Below, piece by piece: positions 49,651-62,207 of a stretch of DNA of 64,000 bases (the stretch's first letter is position 1; every line of letters starts with the position of its first letter). The position numbers and the translations under genes were made by a program. This DNA comes from Callorhinchus milii. Its lineage: Eukaryota. Under the pieces are notes generated by a model that saw only the letters and a list, made by a program, of their open reading frames with translations, was not told the DNA's origin and made no database searches. Location: assembly GCF_018977255.1 (NCBI RefSeq), contig NW_024704742.1:88910001-88974000 (forward strand), written 5' to 3'.

Positions 49651-51544
49651 GGCAATAGCCCTAAAGCAGCCATAAATATAACTAATTTTGTACAACACAA
49701 AGACATTTACACCATATGAGCTTATATGCTGTAGATCTATATATTAATCCTAGTTTTCATTTCATTTTGGTATGCTTTCAAATTGCTGCTGGCAATTGGC
49801 ACCAAAATAGAGTGTCGGAGAGAATGACCACACAGCCTGCTGATAGCTAAATGGGACAATCCACCCTTCTGATTATTAGTCATTAAAAATCAGTCAAAAA
49901 CAGCTTAGAACTTAATGGACAGGTGTCGGCACATTAGTTTGATTTGCTGGTTGTTAATGAAATGGCAAAGTAGCTGCATAGCCATGTATCCTCCAAGGGA
50001 TCGCACATAGGCTGCTGCCATGTGTCAGGAAAGACATGATGGAACACTTTTGAAGCACATGTAACATCAATTCATTTCTGTATCCTGTTGTCCCCTTGGT
50101 GGAGGCAAACAAAAATCTTTGCCTTGGTTTTATTGATTTATCCACAAAGAAACACACATTCACTCCACTTTACAATATATCCTGTGAAGTGCTTTGAGGT
50201 TTCTGGACAAAGGGATAAGGTGCTGTATTAAATGCAATGATTATTGCCTCAGATATCATTGTGCAACTGCTTGCCAAATGCACTTAACATCTATTCTGTA
50301 GCATTTATTTGAGTACTGTTCACAATTTGCAGTCATAGCACAATAACGTCTTGTGAAGCGCACTGTGAAATTGCAAAGAACTGCATTTGTTTTCACCTAA
50401 ACATTTCCAATGTTATGCTGTGCAGTGTGAAACGTGGGAGGTGAAAAATTCGGTGTGTGCCAAGATAATTATCACTGGTCACAATTATCAGAAAATCACT
50501 ACATTTTCCCCTCCATAATAATAATAATCCTTGCATTTGATATAACGCTTTTCATATCTTCCAGATGTCTCAAAGCGCTTCACAGAATATACTGTAAAGT
50601 GAATTGACTGTGGGTGAAAAATGGAAATTATGTCAAAAAATGGAAATGTCATCAATTTGAGTTGAACATCAGGTACATGATTGTACATGCATGATTGTCA
50701 TTATACACAAATTCACATTAGGTAGTGTTTCAGAGATCCAAAAAGCACAACGTGCAAAGATGTGGGTACGTTATGGTAAAATCGAACAGACATATCACTT
50801 GAAGGCAATCCTTTAATCAGGCTCCATGCTGTTTCTGAATTGTAATACAGTACATACATATTTTGAAAGCGATAGCACTGGGATTAAGGATGTACACTTT
50901 AACAATATTAGAAAACTGAAATGCTGAGAACTGTGCCTTGAAGGGTTATGTTCAAAGTGCTGCAGATAGGCTCACAGCATGTGTGTGTGCAGCAGAGAGG
51001 GTGAACTTTGCTGGATACTTCTGTGTATGCTGAAAAGCTGTTTTTTTTTCATTTTACATGTTCTCTCCTCAGCTTCACTATTCAGCCATCTACAGATGAC
51101 TCATTAATCCAACATCCCACCTGCCCATTCTGGTGGTTCAGTCGACATTATAGAAACAACAAAGCACCACCTACAAAACACAATGTCACTCCAATTTGCA
51201 ATAAATACTGTGAAGCTCTTTGAGACGGTGAAAATCACTATATCAAATGCAAAGATTATAAAGGATTATTATTACGGTACTATTTTGAATAGTAGGAAAG
51301 GTACTGGAAAATTTACTAGACTGATGAATTGGCCATTCACCTCATTGTAATTTGCAGAGAATTGTTGGTATAGATTAGCTCTTGCACTGGCTACATAACT
51401 ACACATAACAGCAGCAACTGCATTCTGTGTGACGTTTTGACGTGATGAGGGTCAATCGGGTCAAAATTCCACGCATCGAATTCCTTCCTTAATTATCGTT
51501 AGCGATACTTATAAACAGTACAGAATTGCAGTTAAAAATAGGGT

Positions 51545-52396
51545 TGCACTCTCCTGGTTCAAGTCCTACTTGACTGTTTCATATCCACAAATGGTTTCTC
51601 CTCCCACACCCCACCCCCTCTGCACAGTCTTCTGCGATGCACTTCAGTGGCCCACTCCCTTTTCCTCATTTAACTGCTCCCTTGTGGTGATGTCATCAGG
51701 AGATATGGGGTCAACTTCCACATGTATGCCGATGACATCCAACTCTACATTTCCTCCTCTAGCCATGACCCCAGGTTCACCGATGTTCTGTCCTCTTGCT
51801 TGTCAGACATCAAGGCTGGGGTGAGCACCATCTTTCTGCAGCTGAATGTGGACAAGACTTAAACCATCCTCCTTGACTCCCATCAATAACTTCTCAGACT
51901 GTGGCTCTGACGTTCTTAACCTTCCCAGCTTATCCTTGAGACTCACTGAACCTGTGCACAATCTAGGCATCAGGTTCGATTTCCAACTGTCCTTCCTATC
52001 CTACATCCAATCCCTGACCAAGAACCACTTTCCTCTACTTTCTCCACTTTGCCCACCTCAGTTGAAACCATTATCTATGGTTTCATCACCTCCCAGACCA
52101 ATTTTTCCAATGCCCTCCTTGCCAGCTCCACCATTTACAAAATCCAATTAATTCAACACACTGTCTCCAATATTCTCATCAATATCAAATTGCAAACCCC
52201 TATCTGCTCATTCCTTGCCAGGCTTCACTGGCTCCATTTTGCAGATCGGATCAATATCAAAATTCTCACACTCATGTATAACTCACTTCTCACTTCAGGC
52301 TCTTGCACCCTACCTTTCCGACCTGCTTGTACACCAATCCTCTACCTTTGCTCAACTGGCTCTGGTCTCCTGCACATCCCACGTCCTGTCTGCTCT
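51545..52396 (+). mobile_element. Decayed L2 RT and C-terminal fragment
   Basis: [14 protein letters not shown] (about 51708-51748), ETIIYGFITSQTNFSNALLA, LARLHWLH. Cut off by the SINE at 52397. Confidence 0.88.
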
Positions 52397-52763
52397 ATAA
52401 TAATAACAATAATCCTTTCATTTGATATCGCGCCTTATTACATCTTCGAGCCGTCTCAAAGTGCTTCATGGAATATACTGTAAAGTGTAGTGACTGTATA
52501 TTTTGTGGGCAAAATATGGCAGCCAATTGCACACAGTAGTGTCCCACAAACAGTCGTAATGGAGTGACTAAATTATTATTAATTTTTTTGAAGGGATTAT
52601 TACCCCCGGAAAGCGATCCACCTATTGGATTCCTACTCCCTGTTAGGTAAACAGAGGCATGTGGAGTAAGGAAAATTGCCTAAGATTTCTCCCCTCCCAG
52701 GAATCAACCTCAAGTCCTCTCACTGGCAAGGCGAGTTCTCTAACCAATATGCTACAGGAGACC
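52397..52763 (-). mobile_element. tRNA-Ala SINE, long subfamily
   Basis: Reverse complement contains ttactccacatgcctctgtttacctaacagggagtagg...ggatcgctttccgggggtaataatccc. Confidence 0.88.
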
Positions 52764-53469
52764 ACATTGTACTTGATATAGTATTTTATTATTTTGAAAT
52801 ATCTCAAAGAGCTTCACAAGATTTTACGTGCTTTAGTGATGAAGTAATAATAATAATAATAATGGTCTTGTGTCAAATGTTCAATGGGCTTCATAAAGTT
52901 AACAGAGCAAATGGGGTGGGGGGAATCAAATGTTTTAATTGGTAATGAATTCAAGCTGTAGTGGATAGGTAGATGATAAGATGTTGAGTAAAAAATACAG
53001 TTATCTATTACTATATATTTCTCAGCTCTCAACAGATGAAAGAAAATAAAGGTCTTTTTTAAAGTCTTTTTTAAATTCAAGAAATAAACATAAACACACA
53101 AATAATTATCTTCCCGGTTCAAAGTAATTGGAACTGTAATACTTTTTTTTACAAATAAGTACTACAGCTTAAAATTAATATGTGCTTTCATTCATTTCTC
53201 CTTCAAGAAATATTCAAGTTAATATGAAAAATGGCATGGAAAATTAAAGAATTATTCTAAATTGAAATAAATCAAATTGCTTGTATCCAGTATTACACTT
53301 AAGCCCATAATCCCATGTGGGGATGGAACATTAATAATGCATTTGTTTATGATATTACGTGTTCACAGTCTGTGTTTCCTTGTGTTTTTTTTGTCTAGGA
53401 ATATGTCTAACAACAAAAAACCTATTAATATGAAAATAATGCATTTCGTCATTGTGCTTACATATCAGA

Positions 53470-54118
53470 TTGGCAGGAGTGGAATCCATGAGGTCTTATC
53501 CTGTGAGTCAGATGTTTGTAGGTTCAAACCCCATTTTAGGACTTGGAACTCATGTAATCGAAATTGACACTCCAATATAATGTTGGGTTGTGCTGCATTG
53601 TCAGAGGTGTCAAGTTAAACTGAGTTCATATCTGCCTGGTCAGGTGGACATTAAAGATCCGACGGCATGACTCCATGTGAGAAAGGAGTTTCTCCCAGTG
53701 TCCTGGCCAACCATCTAACAAATACATTATTCATTCAATTCATGGCTGTTTGTGCGACATTCACTGTGCACATATTGGCTGCCGCATTCCTCTACAAATT
53801 CACAATCCATCCATTTGTTGGTATAGCCTTGTCACTGAAGTGCTTCAAGATATCCTCCTGACAAATTATTATTATTTATTATTATTAAATATTAACCTTA
53901 TATTATCTTAAATATAATCCTTGCATTTGATAGCTAATTTATTATGTTGTTGAGACATCTCAAAGCGCTTCAAAGGATATACTGTCAAGTGGATTAACTG
54001 CGTAATTTGTGGGTGAAATGGGGCAAACATTTTATGGACCGCAATGTTCCACAAACAGCCATGGAGTGAGTGATCAATTTTGTTTGGGGATTGTTGGCCA
54101 AGAACCGGGAGAAACTCA
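53470..54118. mobile_element. Two older DeuSINEs tail-to-tail (about 53470-53885 +, about 53912-54118 -)
   Basis: gagtcagatgtttgtaggttcaaaccc...ggtggacattaaagatcc...ttggctgccgc, then aatccttgcatttgatag...ccacaaacagccatgg...ttggccaagaaccgggag. Confidence 0.72.
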
Positions 54119-55587
54119 GAACCAACTAGATGGGGATGAATAGTCTGTGTCCATGCTGAAAAATCCATGTAAGATTATGTAATTCTATGTGATACAAGTG
54201 AATGCAGAATCTTTGAAAAGTAGCTATGAGATAACAGCAAAAACAGAAAGTATGCCAACTTATCTTCAAAGAGGAAGACATGGTGTGCAAGTATTAAAAA
54301 GAATGGTTCAGGTGTTTGGCAGATAATAATACAACCTCCAAAACCTGGGAATGAAAACCAACCTCGCAACACCACGAAAAATAACATCCATCATTCAGCT
54401 GCAGAGCTATTTTCTTATTCCCATGTGATGTGAAAGGCGCTCTATAAATGCAATCTTGTTGTTGTTGTTGTTGACGTGTGAGCCATTGGTGTTGAACACA
54501 CTCATCTATGCACATGTCTCAAATGCTTATCACTAATGAGAAGTGTAATGTTATAGCTAGGTCTCTCCATTGCAAGTACAAAAGCTCCACATTTAACAGA
54601 ATGGATTTGATTGATTGATTTCACCAATAAAATAGTGCATAGATTCCAAGCCAATAAACGCTGCATATTCAAACCATTCCACCATTTACCATTTCCAATG
54701 TGTTCCTTTGCAACTATCGTAGGCTGATTTTCTGTTCAGATCTGACCTAGATGATAAAGATCATCACTCTCATCTAATTCAATGCCATCCTCCAATTCTG
54801 GTTTCTCATACTTAAATGACATGCCAAGGTTTCCAGTAACAAAAATCATTTTTCAGCTTCTGCAGAGCTCCACACCAGTGCAGGTGCTTTATCCTGTTCC
54901 CTGTTGTTGCCATCACACAGAAACAAACAGTGAACCTGAGAGACTGTGGGGAAATCACCAGAAACACTCAGTACAGCAGAAATGTGTAACTTATATTGCA
55001 GCAACACTGCGTGGGAGATTTTCACTACAGATGGAGAACAGTACAAACCGAGAATATTATTTATCTTTGAAGTTTCATTTTTCAATTATTCTTCTGCTGT
55101 TCTACCTTTATGAGATGGAGAAGCTGGTTCAGAACAATTTTGACCTTCCTCTGGGTGAAAATTGCACTGAAGGTACCCGGTGCACACCACCAGAGAGTCA
55201 ACAAGACATTTCCATATAAAGCTTGGAAACCCTTCTGATTTTCAGACTAAAGGTACAGTACATGGGTACCATGGATATTTGTAAGTGATATTTACACCAG
55301 GCAACGGTGCTGCAAATCTACTTAGGGCAAAGTAACTCATTTTTAGAATCAAAGATAATCCAAACACCAGTGCCTCTGATGAAAACACATAAAATTCCAA
55401 GCTTTGAAATTCCATTCGATTTTAGCCTTAAGAACACTGTCTTAAAATTTGAGAAATGTGGAAAATGTTTAACTTCACTCTTCATTCAGAAACTAAGTTC
55501 TCCGCATGTTTCGTGTTTTATCAAGCATGGTAGAACAGGTTGGTTTCTCCTCCCTCTTCCCCCCCCACCCCACCCATCCCACCGTTA

Positions 55588-55897
55588 TAATAATAATCCT
55601 TGCACCTTATTTTGTCAAAACATCTCAAAGCACTTCGCTTGATTTAACTGTAAAGTATAATGACTGTGCATATGTAGGCAAATGCAACAGCCAATCTGCG
55701 CACTGTAATATCACAAACATGAAGTGAATGGACAATTTTATCTGAAGGATGGCACCCCTGACAGCAATCCTCCCCATTCCCCACCCCACAAGACTGCATT
55801 GGAGTGTCAGACTATGAGCTCATAAATCCCAAGGTGGACCATGAACCCACAACCTCCTGACTCAGAGGCAAGAGTGCTAACAACTGATTTAGGCTCA
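55588..55897 (-). mobile_element. Older DeuSINE, decayed with internal deletion
   Basis: taataatccttgcac...tctgaaggatggcacc...gaacccacaacctcctgactcagaggcaagagtgcta. Confidence 0.72.
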
Positions 55898-56738
55898 CAC
55901 CTAAATGTGTTCCTTATGATAATTGTCTTAAGTGGCACCAGTGTCCAGGATTAGAGAGGAAAGGATCACCAGGGTTCCCACTCCTGTCACGCTCCTGGAA
56001 CATTTCTGAAGATGCTTTGGAGTGATCCGACATGTTGTCCCGCATGAAGAGCGCTATATAAATGCAAGTTGTTGTTGTTGATCAATAGATGAGATGATAT
56101 CGAGCTCAACTGTGGTTGAAAATTCTGACTGACAGCAAATTAACAATAATATTTCCTACACTGGGAAACAGTTGTTCAACAGATTAAGGTTGACATCAGT
56201 TCATTTTTCTCTATTTGTATTAATATGTGTTGAAAAATAATGGTCTCTATTCAACCGTGATTGATAATGTCACCATTATGGGACCTGTAAGTGTTACTGA
56301 GTGGAATTGACATCAGTAGGTGTCATCATTAACCCCATGGTCAAGTTCAAGGCATTTAAATGAAACAATTTTGTCAGAGGGAACTGAAATGCTCAGACTC
56401 GGTAACTCTTACCAATCAATTTCCACAGTGACGCTATTAGCAATCACAGTTCAAACAATGACATTTAACAGAAACAAGAAAACAGAAAGTGTTCAAGTTC
56501 ATCATAATTGTTTTTGTTTAGAATGAGGTTTGAATGAGTATTGTTCCTCCCAATTACACTTGGTAAAAGAATTCCTGCATGTTGAGTTGTATGTGTTTGC
56601 AACTTGTAAACTACGCAGTAAGTTTCAGGTATGGAACGCAATGTTTGGAAGCCATTTAAGAGTACCACAGATCACAGATTTTTACATGGGAACCTTTGAA
56701 GTGTGTGCACAAGTAATCTTCAAAGTGTGTATACTAGT

Positions 56739-57123
56739 GGAGTCCTGTAGCATCGTGGTTAGAGCACACTTCTTGCAAGCGAGTAGACATGCGTTTGGTT
56801 CCCGGGCAGGACAAAACTTTGGGCACGTTTTCTTACTCCACATGCCTCTGTTCACCTAGCAGTAAGTTGGAACCTGGTTGTTAGTCGATTGGCGGATCAC
56901 TTTTCCGGGCATAATAATCCCTTCAAAAAAATAAACAAATAAAATAGCAAAGTTTGGTCACTCCATCTACGACTGTTTGTGGGTCACTGATGTGTGCAAT
57001 TGGCTGCCGCGTTCGCCCACAAATATACAGTCAATTCACTTTACATTGTGATCTGTGAAGCGCTTTGGGACATCCTCCCGACGTGAAAAGCGCTATATCA
57101 AATGCAAGGATTATATTATTATA
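56739..57123 (+). mobile_element. tRNA-Ala SINE, long subfamily
   Basis: Long middle gcctctgttcacctagcagtaagttggaacctggttgttagtcgattggcggatcacttttcc. Tail loop CTCCC. Confidence 0.92.
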
Positions 57124-57151
57124 AGGCCAACCATAGGGCAATTTGGACACT

Positions 57152-57868
57152 ACAACAACAACTTGCATTTATATACAGCCCTTCCCGTGGGGCAACGTCC
57201 CAGAGCGCTTGACAGTGGCGGGGTCTGACCCCGAGTCAGGGTGGAGAAGGAGGTAACCATAAGCACAATCAAAAAGGAAGATCTTTAGGTGGGATTTGAA
57301 AGTGGGAAGGGAGAAGGCAAGGCAGAGGGATTGAGGGAGAGAGTTGCAGAGTTTGGGGCTTAGTAGTTGAAGGCACTGCCACCAATGGTGGAGTAGAGGG
57401 GACAAGGAACAAATGGGAGGCTGGAGTCAGCCTAGGTGGTTGTGAGTAGAGGTAAGCAAATCGAATAGGTAGAGAGCTGCGAGGGCATGAAGGGATTTGA
57501 AAACAAGTGAGATGATATTTAAATCAATCCATTTAATAATTGGGAGCCAGTGGAGCCTGGCAAGGATTAGTGTGAGAAGGGTACAGAGTTTTGTGCAGGT
57601 GAGTATCCGGGCAGCGGAGTTTTGAATTAGTTGAATTTTGTGTATGGTGGAGCTGGGGAGACCAGCGAGGAGGGCATGGAATAGTCCAGCCAGGGAGTAA
57701 TGAAAGCATGGACGAGGGTTTCGGCTGCTTTGGTTGTGAGGTACGGACGGAGGAGGGCAATGTGTGAAGGTGGTAAAAAGTAGTCCTGGTCAGAGAATGG
57801 ATGTGTGGTAGAAAAGAAAGCTGGGGATCAAACCTGATGTCTAAATTGAGCACAGGTTCAGAGAGTCT
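57152..57868 (-). mobile_element. L2 3' fragment
   Basis: RFDPQLSFLPHIHSLTRTTFYHL (ORF 57533), SPKLCNSLPQSLCL...FKSHLKIFLF, and (AAC)n at 57152. Confidence 0.88.
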
Positions 57869-57967
57869 AAGGGAGAGCCCGGGTTAAAATGGTACTAAAA
57901 TGGAAATAAAACACAAATAACACTGAAATGGAAAAATGACAGCATTGCCCATGTCCCGAGACAGAGT

Positions 57968-58150
57968 ATAATAATAATAATGAAAAATAATTCTTACATT
58001 TGATATAGCACCTTTCATGTCGGGAGGACGTCTCAAAATGCTTCACATGATATACTGTAAATTGCAGTGACTGTATTTTGTAGGCAAACGTGGCAGCCAA
58101 TTTAGGTAGAGTAATGGCCCACAAACCAACTGTAAAGTGAATGACCATTT
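57968..58150 (-). mobile_element. DeuSINE 3' half
   Basis: catttgatatagcacctttcatgtcgggaggacgtctcaaa...ggcagccaattt...cccacaaac. Confidence 0.75.
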
Positions 58151-58913
58151 TTTACAAGGAGGAGGCTGCAAACAACACCATTCTTTTTTCAGCTGAGCCA
58201 TGTGACTGTCATGAAGAATGTGACATGTAATTAACACATCACGTGCTGTACATGTCAACCCATTGAGTATTAAGTTGGAGAAAGATCACAAGGAAAGGAA
58301 AACTGCAACAGTCTTAATCTTATAAATAGGCCTATACAGAATTTTGAATAAACAAACACAATACAACTAAAGCAGATAATCCAATTTTGTTTAGTTTACT
58401 TAATTTTTTAAAATCAAATCAACAGACTATCTATGCTGAGGCTCTGTGTCAGAGTGCAAACACTTCACCAGTTCTTTTTCTCTGAACTTTATGAAGTCAA
58501 CTTCAAATTGACAAGTGAATCATTGACTAATAGAAGTTTAATAGATACATAAATGAGATTAGTGCATTTATGTCTGAGAGAGGGATCTATCTGTAGATAC
58601 AAAAGGAGCATTGATTGAAATATATCACATCATTTACGGTCAAAGAAATTTTCTGTTCTATTGACTTTTTGTCCTTTTACATAACCAGTTTATACACCAT
58701 ATCATTACTTCAGTCTGAAAATGTCCCGTATAAGATAAGCACTCCGATACTATAAATTAAATTGTCTATTTCTTTTATCTATTACACCTCCATTGAACTC
58801 TTTATTTATCTACGTATATTAACAAAAACACTCAATTACTAGTAGCTCCATTTCAGTTGTGTATGTGATGGGAGGGCAATTGTTCCATCAAAATAAATCC
58901 CACAGCCATTTTA

Positions 58914-60697
58914 AACAACAACAACAACAAGATTCCATTTAGAGAGCGCCTTTCACGTCAGGAGGACATCCCAAGGCCCTGGACAGTTGGATCGGGACAC
59001 AGGTAGGGGGCAAATGGTCAGGGTGAGGGGAGGGAAGTGAGGGAGCGAGGAGGGGGTAGAGAGTCAAGAGGGGAGCTGAAGGCACGGTCAAAGAGAAAGG
59101 TCTTGAGACCGGCCTTGAAGGAGGAAAGGGAGGAGGCGGCGAAGGCACTGGGGGATAGAGTTCCAGAGCCTAGGGGCTGAGAGGCTGAAGGCACGGCCAC
59201 CGATGGTAGGGCGGTTAGGGCGGGGGATGTGGAGCAGACCGGAGTCAGAGGAACGGAGGGTACGGGCAGATAAGTAGGGGGATAGTAGGTCGGAGAGGTA
59301 GGAGGGAGCGAGGCCGTGAATGGCCTTGTAGGTGAGGATGAGGATCTTGAATTCGATCCTCTGGGGGATGGGGAGCCAGTGGAGGTGAGCGAGGGTGGGA
59401 GTGATGTGGTCCCGAAGCCTGGTGCGGGACAGTACACGAGCTGCAGAGTTCTGAATGACCTGCAGCTTGTGGAGGGAGGTGCCGGGAAGGCCGGCGAGGA
59501 GAGAGTTCCCATAGTCCAGCCTTGAGGTGATAAAGGCGTGGACCAGTGTTTCAGCAGCGTGAGGGGTGAGGTAGTGCCGTAGTCTGGCGATGTTTCGGAG
59601 GTGATGGAAGGCGGTGCCAGTTGTGGCGCGGATATGAGGAAGAAAGGACAGCTCAGGGTCCGAGGTTCCTGACCGGCTTTGAGAGGTGGAGAGTGCAGCC
59701 TTGGATGCTGATGCTGTCAGCGCCTGAGGTGCGGAGGCGCTGACGTGAGCCAATCAGGAGGGCCTCAGTTTACGCACGTTGAGCTGAAGAAAGTTGTCTC
59801 TTGTCCAGGACTCGATGTCGGACAGGCAGCTGTCAGGACATCGGTGGTCGTGGAGTTGAGGGTAGAGGAGGAAAGGTAGAGTTGGGTGTCATCCGCATAC
59901 ATGTGGAAGTTAACTCCATGTCTGCGGATGATGTCACCGAGGGGGAGCATATAGAGGGTGAAGAGGAGGGGACCGAGGACAGAACCCTGAGGGACACCGC
60001 ACGAGACAGTGCGGGGGGTGGAGGAAAAGCCATTAGCGGAGACAAAATGATGACGGTGGGAGAAGTAGGACCTAAACCACTCAAGGACAGGGCCTTGAAG
60101 ATTGAGGTGGGAGGACAAGCGGTGGAGGAGGATAGCGTGTTCGACCGTATCGAATGCGGCCGATAGGTCGAGGAGGACGAGGAGGCAGAGGGAGCCCTGG
60201 TCACAGATGGTCAGGATGTCATTGGTGACCTTGATCAGGTCGGTTTCTGTGCTATGGGCAACACGGAAACCCGACTGAAGGGGTTCGAATAATGAATGGG
60301 TGGAGAGGAAAGAGCGCAGCTGGGAGGCGACGACTCTTTTAAGGACCTTGGACAGGAAGTGGAGGTTGGAGATGGGCCGGTAGCTTGATAGCTGCGACGC
60401 ATCAAGGGAGGGTTTTTTCAGTATGGGAGTGATGGTGGCAGTTTTGAGGGGAATGGGAACAGAACCAGAGGAGAGGGACAGGTTGATAATGTCTGTTAGA
60501 AGTGGGGCAAGGAGGTGGAGCTGGGAGATAAGAAGTGGAGTGAGGATGCGGTCAAGGGAGCAGATGGTGGGTTTCAGAGATAAGATGAGGTTGGTGACAG
60601 AGGGTGGGGAAACGGGTTTGAATGTGTGTAGGGGAGGATGGGTAGGAGTCGGAGTGTGGGAGGGAAGGGGTGGGTGGAAGTTGGAGGGGCAGTGACC
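58914..60697 (-). mobile_element. Relatively young 5'-truncated L2 with RT domain (tail type B)
   Basis: ORF 59765-60745: [67 protein letters not shown] 59088-59753 gives the C-terminus. Frameshifts lie between. CpG-rich, with (AAC)n at 58914. Confidence 0.96.
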
Positions 60698-60830
60698 GCG
60701 GAGCGGATTCCCTTGATTTTGGATTAAAAGCTGATACCTCTGCATTGATCTGCAAGTAACTCATTTTTTATTAATCAGTGGTTTGCCTCTGGTCATTTCG
60801 CGCCAGAAGATATAATTGGTGTTGAATAGG

Positions 60831-60890
60831 CCTTCCCTCCCTCCCTCCCCTCCCTCCAACCCTCCCTCTCTCTCTCCCTCCCTCCCTTCC
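60831..60890 (+). repeat. (CCCT)n/(CT)n polypyrimidine microsatellite
   Basis: ccttccctccctccctcccctccctccaaccctccctctctctctccctccctcccttcc. Confidence 0.9.
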
Positions 60891-60895
60891 TGTCA

Positions 60896-61183
60896 TCCTG
60901 TAGTTCAGTGGTTAGAGCACTCGCCTCGCAAGCAAGAGACCTGGGTTCAATTCCCAGCAGGGCGAAACCTTGGGCAAGCTTCCTTACTCCACACGCTTGA
61001 TAATAATCCCTCAAGAAAAACAATAATTGGTCACTTCAACCCACGACTGTTTGTGGGACACTGCTGTGTGCAATTGGCTGTCGCGTTTCACCCACAAATA
61101 TAAAGTCAATTCACTTTGCACTATATTCTGTGAAGCGCTTTGAGATGCCTAGAAGACGTGAAAATTGCTAAATCAAACCAAGG

Positions 61184-61239
<56 letters not shown>

Positions 61240-61260
61240 GATTATGATTATTATTATTAT
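60896..61260 (+). mobile_element. tRNA-Ala SINE, intermediate subfamily, with an expanded (TAT)n tail (61184-61260)
   Basis: Head tcctgtagttcagtggttagagc...ctgggttcaattcccagcagggc, tail loop TAGAA, about 25 TAT/GAT units. Confidence 0.93.
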
Positions 61261-62008
61261 CCAGTCCGGAACCTTGGGTTGTTGTTTGACCCTCAGCTAT
61301 ACTTTCTACCCCACATCTGCAACATGACCCGCTCTGCCTTCCCCCACCTCCGAAACGTTGCCTGGCTCTGCCACTGTCTCACACCGCAGGCCGCCGAGAC
61401 CCTCATACACACATTCATTACATCGAGGCTTGACTATGCAAACTTATTGCTGGTCGTCCTCCCAAACTCCTCCCTCCACAGACTGCAGATCATCCAGAAC
61501 TCTGCAGTCCATGTCCTCTCCCGTACAAGGCTCACAACCTGTCACCCCCATCCTTGCCCAATTCACTGGGTTCCCATCACACAGAGGATACAGTTCAAGA
61601 TCCTGGTCCTCATCTTCAAAGCTCTCCATGGCCTTGCTCCCCACTACCTCTGCGACCTCCTGACCCCTACCATCCTGCTCGCTCCCTCCGTTCAGCGGGC
61701 TCCGGCCAGCTTCAAATCCCTCGCCTCGCTTGCCCCACCATTGGCGGGCAGGGCTTCCGCCACTCTGCCCCCTCCCTCTGGAATTCCATCCCGCAGTCCC
61801 TCCACATCGCCCCCTCACTTGTCACTTTTAAGACCCGTCTCAAGATCCTCCTCTTCGACCATGCTTTTGATTTCCCTGCTTCCCCCCTGCCCTCCACCCT
61901 CCCCCACCCCGACCCCCAGTTCGGGTCCATAACTCTGTCTGTCCAGCACCTTGGGACGTCCTCCCGACGTGAAATGCACTTTACAAATGTAATTCGTTGT
62001 TGTTGTTG
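61261..62008 (+). mobile_element. L2 3' fragment (tail type B) directly abutting the SINE tail
   Basis: PVRNLGLLFDPQL...AETLIHTFITSRLDYAN...QRIQFKILVLIFKALHGLAP. Tail ttgggacgtcctcccgacgtgaaa...(TTG)n. Confidence 0.93.
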
Positions 62009-62029
62009 TATCTTCCCTTTTTCCTCCTT

Positions 62030-62207
62030 TCTTTCCTTCTTTCCCCAGCTTCAAATCCCGCCTAAAGACCTTCCTTTTTGATCGTGCTTATGGTCACCTC
62101 CCCCCTCCCTTTCCCTCTGATTTGGCGTCAGACTCTGCCACTGTCAAGCACTCTGAGACACTACCCTGCATGAAAGACGCTATATAAATTCAAGTTGTTG
62201 TTGTTGT
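62030..62207 (+). mobile_element. L2 3' tail fragment (type A)
   Basis: ttcaaatcccgcctaaagaccttcctttttgatcgtgc...gtcaagcactctgaga...gctatataaattcaag(TTG)n. Confidence 0.85.

Noticed and set aside
55152..55270. MITE bounded by GGTACCC/GGGTACC
   Set aside because: Only about 7 bp of clean terminal complementarity and no clear TSD.
59765..60745. Functional reverse transcriptase gene (326-aa ORF)
   Set aside because: A 5'-truncated L2 with no endonuclease domain. The ORF start lies in flanking DNA and frameshifts follow YADD.
61165..61932. 255-aa protein with a poly-tyrosine tract
   Set aside because: The poly-Tyr is the SINE (TAT)n tail read in frame into an L2 fragment.
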